Source of the DNA: an uncultured virus (IMG/VR IMGVR_UViG_3300020294_000004)
Taxonomy: Duplodnaviria; Heunggongvirae; Uroviricota; Caudoviricetes; Crassvirales
IMG/VR virus record: IMGVR_UViG_3300020294_000004
Length of the DNA stretch: 64,000 nucleotides
Reading direction: 5' to 3' (one strand)
The position numbers were made by a program, and so were the translations under genes. A model generated the notes under the pieces. That model was given only the letters and a program-made list of their open reading frames with translations. It ran no database searches and was not told the origin of the DNA. This document shows, piece after piece, positions 29,514 to 36,580 of this stretch (position 1 is its first letter; each line of letters begins with the position of its first letter).

Positions 29514-29783
29514 ATGAAATTAAATACAAAAGATGATATAGTAAAGGCTGTTATTAAAAAAATGGATCAGCGTAGTTTAGTTGGCCAAAAAAAATATGGT
29601 CGTACAATGATGTCTGAAGTTAAAGAAGGTAAAAAAGGATTACATGAATTTTTAGTTGATGTACAAGAAGAAATAATGGATGCATTATTATATATTGAAG
29701 CTGCTAAACAATGTCTACAAGATGAAATAGAAGAAGGAGTATTAAAACATATTCATGTAGATTATGAAGAAGTTTCGCCGTAA
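29514..29783 (+). CDS. small all-alpha nucleotide pyrophosphohydrolase-like protein
   Basis: G.KKYG...QEEIMDALLY acidic helix motif. Confidence 0.5.
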   Translation: MKLNTKDDIVKAVIKKMDQRSLVGQKKYGRTMMSEVKEGKKGLHEFLVDVQEEIMDALLYIEAAKQCLQDEIEEGVLKHIHVDYEEVSP

Positions 29784-30210
29784 AAAAGGACCTGTACAGT
29801 CTAAAAAAATATCACATGATGGTATTAATTTTGCTTCAGGTCTTGAAAAATACATGTATATAGCTTTAAAAAAAGCTAGAATACCTGTAGTTTATGAAGG
29901 ACAAACTTATGAAATATTTTCAGGGTTTGATTTTCCTCATGAATCTTATGAAAGGTGTGGTAATGGTAAAGGAGATTACAAAAATAGAGGTAATAAAAAA
30001 ATTCTTAACATTAAATACACGCCGGATTTTATAGGTAAAGGTTTTATAATTGAAACTAAAGGAAGAGCAAATGAAAGTTTTCCTTTACGTTGGAAAATGT
30101 TTAAAAAATACATAGTAAACCATTTACCTGGTGTTACTCTTTACAAACCACAAAATCAAAAAGAATGCGATATAACAATAAAGCTGATACAAGAAACAAA
30201 AAACAATTAG
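29764..30210 (+). CDS. T7 endonuclease I-like Holliday junction resolvase
   Basis: FASGLE...YE...YTPDF...IETKG. Confidence 0.8.
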   Translation: MKKFRRKKGPVQSKKISHDGINFASGLEKYMYIALKKARIPVVYEGQTYEIFSGFDFPHESYERCGNGKGDYKNRGNKKILNIKYTPDFIGKGFIIETKGRANESFPLRWKMFKKYIVNHLPGVTLYKPQNQKECDITIKLIQETKNN

Positions 30211-30335
30211 CTAGACAAAAATATGCCGAAAGACAAATTGATAAATGGGTAAAGTGGAGAGAAGAATATAAAGGTTTTATCCTATATAAAGATCTTGTAG
30301 AAATGCAAGACAAGTTTAATATAAAATGCTATTAA
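30165..30335 (+). CDS. hypothetical protein
   Basis: 56-aa ORF translated by hand, MRYNNKADTRNKKQLARQKYAERQIDKWVKW... Confidence 0.5.
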   Translation: MRYNNKADTRNKKQLARQKYAERQIDKWVKWREEYKGFILYKDLVEMQDKFNIKCY

Positions 30336-30336
30336 A

Positions 30337-30480
30337 ATGAAAGAAAGAAGTTGGGAGTTAACATTAGGTTTTTATCCCGGTATACTTATAGGTATAAGAT
30401 CTTACGATCACAAGGGATCTGTACAACACGTTATTTATTTACCGTTTGTCGACTTGTGTTTAGAAGTTTTTAAAGATTAA
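30337..30480 (+). CDS. hypothetical protein
   Basis: 47-aa ORF translated by hand, MKERSWELTLGFYPGILIGIRSY...YLPFVDL. Confidence 0.55.
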   Translation: MKERSWELTLGFYPGILIGIRSYDHKGSVQHVIYLPFVDLCLEVFKD

Positions 30481-30499
30481 ATAAATTAAATTAAATATT

Positions 30500-30745
30500 A
30501 TGAAAAAATTATTTTACTTTAGTATAATAATACTATTAACCTCATGTGCTGGAGGACAATTATTTGTTGAAGCTAGGACAACTTACGATATACCATTAAA
30601 CAATGATGGTCAGTTTGATAAAGATCAAATGGATTTTCAACAAGGGTTAAGACCTTTTAATCCTCAAGTTAGACTAACATACAGACATTATATATTTGAT
30701 AACAAACGTTATCCTAAATCCAGACCATATAAACTAAAAAAATAA
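30500..30745 (+). CDS. lipoprotein
   Basis: MKK, hydrophobic stretch, then LLTSC lipobox. Confidence 0.65.
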   Translation: MKKLFYFSIIILLTSCAGGQLFVEARTTYDIPLNNDGQFDKDQMDFQQGLRPFNPQVRLTYRHYIFDNKRYPKSRPYKLKK

Positions 30746-30747
30746 AT

Positions 30748-31716
30748 ATGGGATTATTTGATCAAAGAATACATTATAAACCATTTGAATATCCTGAATA
30801 CTATAATGATGGATGGTTAAAACAAGCACAAGCTTTTTGGTTACACACAGAAATACCTATGTCAAGTGATGTTAAAGACTGGCAAGAAAAACTTACTGAT
30901 GGTGAAAAAAATTTAGTAGGTAATATATTACTAGGTTTTGCACAGACAGAGTGTGCTGTATCAGATTATTGGACACAAAAAGTTGTAGGTTGGTTTCCTA
31001 AACATGAAATACAACAAATGGCTATGATGTTTGGATCACAAGAAACAATACATGCGGTAGCTTATTCTTATTTAAATGAAACACTTGGTCTTGAAAATTT
31101 TGAAGCGTTTTTACAAGACGAAGCAACAATGGAACGCTTTGATAATTTAATTAGTTATGATGGAAACGACACCACAGGAATTGCAAGAAGCATTGCAATC
31201 TTTAGCGCCTTTGCTGAGGGCGTTAGTCTTTATTCTGCCTTTGCTGTTTTATATAGTTTTCAACTCAGAAATCTTTTAAAAGGTATAGGTCAGCAAATGA
31301 AATGGTCTGTTAGAGACGAATCTTTACATTCTAAAATGGGTTGTAGGTTATTTAGACATATGTGTGAAGAGGATGATTCACTTTTAAATAAATGTAAAAA
31401 AGATGTTATTAATGCAGCAAACGCAATGCTCGTCGCAGAAGAAAAATATATTGATAAAATGTTTGAACAAGGAGATATTGAAAACCTCAAATCCTACAAT
31501 CTTAAACAATTTATCAGAAAAAGACTTAATGAAAAGCTCGTGGAACTCGGTTACAGGAACGAACGGGAGCACTTTGATTATAACAAAAACGCAGCAAAAA
31601 AACTTGATTGGTTCTACCACCTTACAGGAGGGCATACTCATACTGATTTTTTCGCTGTTAGGCCTACTGATTATTCAAAAGCGAATGAGGGCGAAGATTT
31701 TGAAGATATATGGTAA
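30748..31716 (+). CDS. nrdB: ribonucleotide reductase class I beta subunit
   Basis: KPFEYP, FW..EI, ETIH..AYS, EG..LYS.F, RDE.LH, DFF..R.T.Y. Confidence 0.95.
   Translation: MGLFDQRIHYKPFEYPEYYNDGWLKQAQAFWLHTEIPMSSDVKDWQEKLTDGEKNLVGNILLGFAQTECAVSDYWTQKVVGWFPKHEIQQMAMMFGSQETIHAVAYSYLNETLGLENFEAFLQDEATMERFDNLISYDGNDTTGIARSIAIFSAFAEGVSLYSAFAVLYSFQLRNLLKGIGQQMKWSVRDESLHSKMGCRLFRHMCEEDDSLLNKCKKDVINAANAMLVAEEKYIDKMFEQGDIENLKSYNLKQFIRKRLNEKLVELGYRNEREHFDYNKNAAKKLDWFYHLTGGHTHTDFFAVRPTDYSKANEGEDFEDIW
31157..31279 (+). CDS. putative overprinted (+1) membrane peptide within nrdB
   Basis: MMETTPQELQEALQSLAPLLRALVFILPLLFYIVFNSEIF; local GC-rich synonymous codons. Confidence 0.35.
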   Translation: MMETTPQELQEALQSLAPLLRALVFILPLLFYIVFNSEIF

Positions 31717-31738
31717 AAAGAAATATAATAAAATGTAG
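31403..31738 (+). CDS. putative overprinted (+1) membrane protein within the nrdB 3' end
   Basis: 111-aa ORF; CTC/GTC/CGG codons in nrdB avoid +1 stops; TM segment followed by a basic tail. Confidence 0.45.
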   Translation: MLLMQQTQCSSQKKNILIKCLNKEILKTSNPTILNNLSEKDLMKSSWNSVTGTNGSTLIITKTQQKNLIGSTTLQEGILILIFSLLGLLIIQKRMRAKILKIYGKKKYNKM

Positions 31739-31889
31739 TCAATGTGACGCAGAGTTTCCTAGTGGTGTAGAGTATAGAGAACATTGGGAAGAAAAACATT
31801 TTTATCCTTATTTAAAAAATGGTAGCTTTGATACTAAAAGAGCTTTAGCTGAAGAACAATCAGTAAAAATTTATAATGAGAACTTGTAA
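31710..31889 (+). CDS. C2H2 zinc-finger protein
   Basis: Translated by hand, 59 aa: CSQC-x3-F-x5-Y-x2-H-x4-H. Confidence 0.65.
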   Translation: MVKRNIIKCSQCDAEFPSGVEYREHWEEKHFYPYLKNGSFDTKRALAEEQSVKIYNENL

Positions 31890-32226
31890 TATATGTAAAA
31901 AAACAAAAAAAGATTCTAAATTTAAACACGAATATAAAAAAACTTGTATGCGTTGTGAGTTTAGATGGAAAAGATCTTTTTTAAGATTATTAGTACATGA
32001 TAGAAGATTAAGCGCAAAAGAACGAATAGCAAATAGATTAGGATATATGGGTACAGCATTTATTATGGTAGGCCCTTATTTGTTACCACAAGGAAACATA
32101 GGTGTTGTTTGTTATATTTTAGGAGGTTTAATTTCCATACCTCAAGTGTGGGTAGCAAAACAATGGAATTTAGTTTTAGTAAACATTAATGTAATTATAG
32201 GTTACACAATATATTCAATGCAATGA
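31876..32226 (+). CDS. Zn-ribbon plus membrane domain protein
   Basis: CNIC...CMRC followed by three hydrophobic segments. Confidence 0.6.
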   Translation: MRTCNICKKTKKDSKFKHEYKKTCMRCEFRWKRSFLRLLVHDRRLSAKERIANRLGYMGTAFIMVGPYLLPQGNIGVVCYILGGLISIPQVWVAKQWNLVLVNINVIIGYTIYSMQ

Positions 32227-32453
32227 AAGAAAGTAAATTAATAGGTAAATTAAACGAAACAGATAAAAAAATTAATGCTATAAGTAGAGTATTACAAAGA
32301 TTAATTCAAGATGTTTCTAAATTAGAAACTTTAGCTAATGGAACATTAAGTTCTTTACAAATGTTTATGGGTGAAGATGAATGGAATAAACTTGTAGAAA
32401 AAATGAAAAAACTACAAGAAAAAAATAAAGAAAAAAAACTAGAAACAAAATGA
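32223..32453 (+). CDS. hypothetical coiled-coil protein
   Basis: 76-aa ORF with ATGA overlaps. Confidence 0.6.
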   Translation: MKESKLIGKLNETDKKINAISRVLQRLIQDVSKLETLANGTLSSLQMFMGEDEWNKLVEKMKKLQEKNKEKKLETK

Positions 32454-32824
32454 AAAAACTAATAATATTATTTTTATTTTTATCAAACAGTTTATTTAGT
32501 CAAAACACTTTACAAGATTTTGAAGGTATATGGTCTTCACCTTATTCATATTGGTATAAAATTTTTACATACAATGAAAAAGATGATATATTAGAAATAT
32601 ATACTTTTAGTTTTGGAGATCCATCAGCTGTAGTAGAAAAAATAGTTAAAATAACTAGTAATTATGCTATTGATACTAAATTAATAAACCATGATAATAG
32701 ATGGAAAGTAAATATAACATATCGTATGTTAGAAAATAAAAAAATAATAGCTACTTATACAGGTGATATAAACACTATAGCAGAACTAACAAAAGCAACT
32801 TTAAAATTAAATCATGTGGAATAA
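32450..32824 (+). CDS. secreted protein
   Basis: MKKLIILFLFLSNSLFS-Q signal peptide, with Gln at +1 as is typical of Bacteroidota. Confidence 0.65.
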   Translation: MKKLIILFLFLSNSLFSQNTLQDFEGIWSSPYSYWYKIFTYNEKDDILEIYTFSFGDPSAVVEKIVKITSNYAIDTKLINHDNRWKVNITYRMLENKKIIATYTGDINTIAELTKATLKLNHVE

Positions 32825-34532
32825 CGATTGGGTAAAAGGTGAAGATTATCCTTCTTGGGGTAATAATGATATATACAAACAAACAATATCTGGCGGATAT
32901 TTATTTAACGGTGAATCACCTCGTGATGCTTATATGCGTGTAGCTAAAACGGTAGCTAGACGTTTATATAAACCAGAACTAGCTGATAGATTTTTTGAAT
33001 ATATATGGAATGGTTGGCTTTGTTTAGCTTCACCTGTCTTATCAAACACAGGTACAGATAGAGGTTTACCAATAAGTTGTTTTGGTATTGATGTTGCTGA
33101 TAGTATAAATGATATAGGAAAGAAAAATTTAGAAATGATGTTACTTGCAAAACACGGCGGCGGTGTAGGTATAGGCATTAATATGATTCGCCCTGCCGGA
33201 GCTAAAATTACAGGTAATGGAACTTCAGATGGCGTTGTCCCTTTTTGCAAAATATACGACTCAACTATACTCGCGACCAATCAGGGTTCCGTTAGAAGAG
33301 GAGCTGCAAGCGTTAATATCAACATTGAACACAGTGATTTCCTCGAGTGGTTGGAAATTAGAGAACCTAAAGGAGATGTCAATAGACAATCTCTTAACCT
33401 TCACCAGTGTGCTGTCATTGGCGATAAGTTTATGCGAAAGCTTGAGCAAGGAGATCAAGACGCAAGAAACAAATGGAGTAGATTACTTCAAAAACGTAAA
33501 GCAACTGGAGAACCATATATCTTATTTAAAGGAAATACAAACAAAGCTAATCCAGAAGCATATAAGAAAAACAGTTTAAAAGTACATATGACTAATATAT
33601 GTAGTGAAATAGTATTACAAACAGATGAATCTCATAGTTTTGTTTGTTGTTTATCTAGTTTAAACCTAGCTAAATATGAAGAGTGGAAAAATACTAACAT
33701 TATTTATGATTCAATATGGTTTTTAGATGGTGTGTTAGAAGAGTTTATACAAAAAGCAAAAGGTAAAATAGGTTTTGAAAATTCAGTTAGATCTGCTGAA
33801 AAGGGTAGAGCATTAGGTTTAGGAGTTTTAGGTTGGCATACTTATTTACAAGAAAAAAATATACCATTTGAAGGGCTATTGGCACAATATGAAACTAGAA
33901 AAATATTTAGTCAGATAAAAATAGAATCTGATCGAGCAAGTAGAAACTTAGCTGAAACTTATGGAGAACCTTTATGGTGTGTAGGTACAGGCATGCGTAA
34001 TACTCATCTTAGAGCTATAGCACCAACTGTTAGTAATAGTAAATTATCAGGTAATATATCACCAGGTATTGAACCATGGGCCGCTAATGTATTTACAGAA
34101 CAATCAGCTAAAGGTACATTTATTAGAAAAAACCCTACACTTATAAAGTTATTAAGAAAGTATAAACTCAACACAAATGAAATTTGGGATAAAATACTTG
34201 AAGACGGAGGTTCTGTACAGAATATTAGAGAACTTGATGATATTATGTTTAATAACAACATATCGGCTAAAGAAGTTTTTAAAACATTTAAAGAAATTAA
34301 TCAATTAGAATTAATAAATCAAGCAGGATTAAGACAACAATATGTTGATCAATCTGTATCTCTTAATTTAGCTTTTCCTTCTGAAGCAACACCTAAATGG
34401 ATTAATAAAGTACATTTTGATGCATGGAAAAAAGGTATTAAAACTTTATACTATATGAGAACTGAATCTGTTCTTAGAGGTGATATTGCTGCTTCTGCTA
34501 TGGATGAAAACTGCTTAGCTTGTGATGGTTAA
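32814..34532 (+). CDS. nrdA: ribonucleotide reductase class I alpha subunit
   Basis: SPVLSN, ISCF, QG..RRGA, TNICSE, CCLSSLN, AIAPT.S, DQSVS.N, KTLYY, C-terminal C..C. Confidence 0.96.
   Translation: MWNNDWVKGEDYPSWGNNDIYKQTISGGYLFNGESPRDAYMRVAKTVARRLYKPELADRFFEYIWNGWLCLASPVLSNTGTDRGLPISCFGIDVADSINDIGKKNLEMMLLAKHGGGVGIGINMIRPAGAKITGNGTSDGVVPFCKIYDSTILATNQGSVRRGAASVNINIEHSDFLEWLEIREPKGDVNRQSLNLHQCAVIGDKFMRKLEQGDQDARNKWSRLLQKRKATGEPYILFKGNTNKANPEAYKKNSLKVHMTNICSEIVLQTDESHSFVCCLSSLNLAKYEEWKNTNIIYDSIWFLDGVLEEFIQKAKGKIGFENSVRSAEKGRALGLGVLGWHTYLQEKNIPFEGLLAQYETRKIFSQIKIESDRASRNLAETYGEPLWCVGTGMRNTHLRAIAPTVSNSKLSGNISPGIEPWAANVFTEQSAKGTFIRKNPTLIKLLRKYKLNTNEIWDKILEDGGSVQNIRELDDIMFNNNISAKEVFKTFKEINQLELINQAGLRQQYVDQSVSLNLAFPSEATPKWINKVHFDAWKKGIKTLYYMRTESVLRGDIAASAMDENCLACDG
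33217..33579 (+). CDS. putative overprinted (+1) helical protein within nrdA
   Basis: 120-aa ATG ORF; nrdA uses CTC/GTC/ATC/GCG here, unlike its flanks. Confidence 0.5.
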   Translation: MELQMALSLFAKYTTQLYSRPIRVPLEEELQALISTLNTVISSSGWKLENLKEMSIDNLLTFTSVLSLAISLCESLSKEIKTQETNGVDYFKNVKQLENHISYLKEIQTKLIQKHIRKTV

Positions 34533-34537
34533 AATAA

Positions 34538-34567
34538 TAAAGGGAGATCAATTAAGACCTCCCTTTA
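34538..34567. terminator. bidirectional intrinsic terminator between convergent arms
   Basis: TAAAGGGAGATC-AATTAA-GACCTCCCTTTA hairpin. Confidence 0.8.
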
Positions 34568-34596
34568 TGCAGGAACTTTGGGGGTGGAATCCCATT

Positions 34597-34875
34597 TTAT
34601 CGTGTTCCTTTTTCTAATTTATTAATGACAGTTTTTTTATTAATAATTCGTTTATTTTTACTTGATGTTATCTTAATGTAGTCCGTTGTTATTTTTTTTT
34701 TGATGACAATTATTACGTCTTCATTATCATAAACTTTTTGAATAACATTAATTATTGGATTATCTTTTTGTGAATCCAACCACTGTGTTTTTTCAGTAAT
34801 ATCTTTTTCTGATATTAACTTACTACTTCCACAACTACTTAAAAATAACAATAGTATTATTGTTAATTTTTTCAT
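34597..34875 (-). CDS. lipoprotein (spanin candidate)
   Basis: MKKLTIILLLFLSSC lipobox; next to the endolysin. Confidence 0.55.
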   Translation of the reverse strand: MKKLTIILLLFLSSCGSSKLISEKDITEKTQWLDSQKDNPIINVIQKVYDNEDVIIVIKKKITTDYIKITSSKNKRIINKKTVINKLEKGTR

Positions 34876-34885
34876 AATTATTTAT

Positions 34886-35239
34886 TTAATATGTCCAAAT
34901 CACATCCATGGGCTTTCCAGGATCTGAATCTACATGTATAAAGGTATTACCTATACCTATTCTATTAAAGCCTACATCTAGTAAACATATTAACAATTCA
35001 TATCTATCTCTTGAATTATTACAATGTAAATCAGCTGCATAGCCTGTTAAATGTGAGGAGTTATATTTTCCTCCTACTTTTTTATTGTGTTCTTCTGTAC
35101 GTACACCACTGTTTATTTTTATAGGTTTATCAAACTTAGCTCTTACTAAATCTAATTTTTCTAAAAAATCTTCATTCATTAATTTTCCACTACCAACTAC
35201 ATCTGGTGAATCAAACTCTGTTATTGTAAAATATTTCAT
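34886..35239 (-). CDS. peptidase M15 endolysin
   Basis: INSG.RT..HN..VGG...SSH..G.AAD...HVD; start placed at MKYF. Confidence 0.85.
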   Translation of the reverse strand: MKYFTITEFDSPDVVGSGKLMNEDFLEKLDLVRAKFDKPIKINSGVRTEEHNKKVGGKYNSSHLTGYAADLHCNNSRDRYELLICLLDVGFNRIGIGNTFIHVDSDPGKPMDVIWTY

Positions 35240-35616
35240 TTTTCTCCACATTTTTTACTAGGATCATTAACTTGTCTCCAGTCTTCTTTTTCAAACCAAT
35301 CTCTTAAAGTAGCACCTTTTTTTCTAGCACCTTTAACATTTGTTTTAGATGATCTTTTATATTTACCTTTTGCTCCGGCTGATTTTTTGGCATTAACAAG
35401 TTTTTTTCTTTGTTCTTTACTCATACTTCTTATTTTAGAAGCAGGTAAACAAGTTTTAGTTGTACCACCACCTTTTTGTTTTTTTGTAGCTGGTGAATTG
35501 CTTGAAGATCCTTTTGGAACGCAATTAGGAACTTCTCTACCCTCTTTCATTTTTGTTCCACGTTGTTCATGGGTTTTCCAACAGTTAAAAGGTGAAGATG
35601 GTTGAGTGTATGCCAT
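35236..35616 (-). CDS. small basic phage protein
   Basis: CW.....G.K.K.G..VPNCVP, CLP..K and L..WF..E.W motifs. Confidence 0.7.
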   Translation of the reverse strand: MAYTQPSSPFNCWKTHEQRGTKMKEGREVPNCVPKGSSSNSPATKKQKGGGTTKTCLPASKIRSMSKEQRKKLVNAKKSAGAKGKYKRSSKTNVKGARKKGATLRDWFEKEDWRQVNDPSKKCGEK

Positions 35617-35735
35617 TATTTTTTATATGATTTTTGCATAGCTTTAATATGCTTCTCAATTTTTTTTGCTTGAGCAGCGTGCATACGTGATGCTTTTTTT
35701 AATTCAGCTACAACTGATTTTAAATTTTTATCCAT
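35616..35735 (-). CDS. small basic phage protein
   Basis: Translated by hand: MDKNLKSVVAELKKASRMHAAQAKKIEKHIKAMQKSYKK; fills the gap with stop/start overlaps. Confidence 0.65.
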   Translation of the reverse strand: MDKNLKSVVAELKKASRMHAAQAKKIEKHIKAMQKSYKK

Positions 35736-35878
35736 TATTTTTTCTTTTTTGATTTACCCATTTTACCAGGCCCACCAGCTTTAGTACATCTTACACCCCA
35801 TCCAGAAGCGTATGCACTTGGCCATACTTTAAATTTTCTTTTAGCTGCTGCTTTACAAGGTCCACTTATTTTTCCCAT
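35735..35878 (-). CDS. small basic phage protein
   Basis: MGKISGPCKAAAKRKFKVWPSAYASGWGVRC; ATG at 35878. Confidence 0.7.
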   Translation of the reverse strand: MGKISGPCKAAAKRKFKVWPSAYASGWGVRCTKAGGPGKMGKSKKKK

Positions 35879-35879
35879 A

Positions 35880-36164
35880 TTATTTTTCTTTATTTGAACT
35901 ACAAAAACTACGAGCTTCACCTCTATTAGCAAAACCCCATTTTTTTAATGCCATAGCATATTTACTTGGTCCACCGCTTTTATCTGTCATGCTAGCTTTC
36001 ATACCTGCAAATCTACAAGCAAAAGAAACTCTACGTTTACCTTTACCACTAGTCTGTCTAGTACCTAATGTTTTACCAGTATCTTTTTTATGCTCGCTAC
36101 GCATCTTTTTATTTGATTTCTCGTAAGCTTTTTCTGTAATATTTATTGGATTTTTATATGCCAT
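35880..36164 (-). CDS. small basic phage protein
   Basis: RRVSFACRFAG...ALKKWG motif. Confidence 0.7.
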   Translation of the reverse strand: MAYKNPINITEKAYEKSNKKMRSEHKKDTGKTLGTRQTSGKGKRRVSFACRFAGMKASMTDKSGGPSKYAMALKKWGFANRGEARSFCSSNKEK

Positions 36165-36166
36165 AA

Positions 36167-36580
36167 TTATTTTCCTTCACATTTACAACTTTCTTTACCA
36201 CAAGTACATTTTTTAGGATGGTATATAGTATCAAAAGCATTCGATCCTAACATAGTTAGTTGATCTATTATATTAGTTTGTACCGTTATAAGCATTTTTT
36301 CCAACTCATCTTTTTGTTGTACTAAATGCTCAACTTTAGAACTTAAACCTTCATTAGATTTTTTAAGTTCATTAACCTCGTCTGGATTTCGTCCTATAAC
36401 TGTCATAATTACAACCGATAAACTACCAACAATCATTCCTATAATAGACACAATAATGTCTTTATTTACTGTAGGTATTTCGTGAAACGATAAAAATGTT
36501 AATATACCTACAACAAATATAAATATACCTATTGCTCCTACGTAATGTCTTATTTCTTTTTGTCTTCCGTTTTTTATCAT
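36167..36580 (-). CDS. membrane protein (holin or spanin candidate)
   Basis: Two TM helices, a coiled coil and a Cys-rich tail, in the lysis region. Confidence 0.55.
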   Translation of the reverse strand: MIKNGRQKEIRHYVGAIGIFIFVVGILTFLSFHEIPTVNKDIIVSIIGMIVGSLSVVIMTVIGRNPDEVNELKKSNEGLSSKVEHLVQQKDELEKMLITVQTNIIDQLTMLGSNAFDTIYHPKKCTCGKESCKCEGK

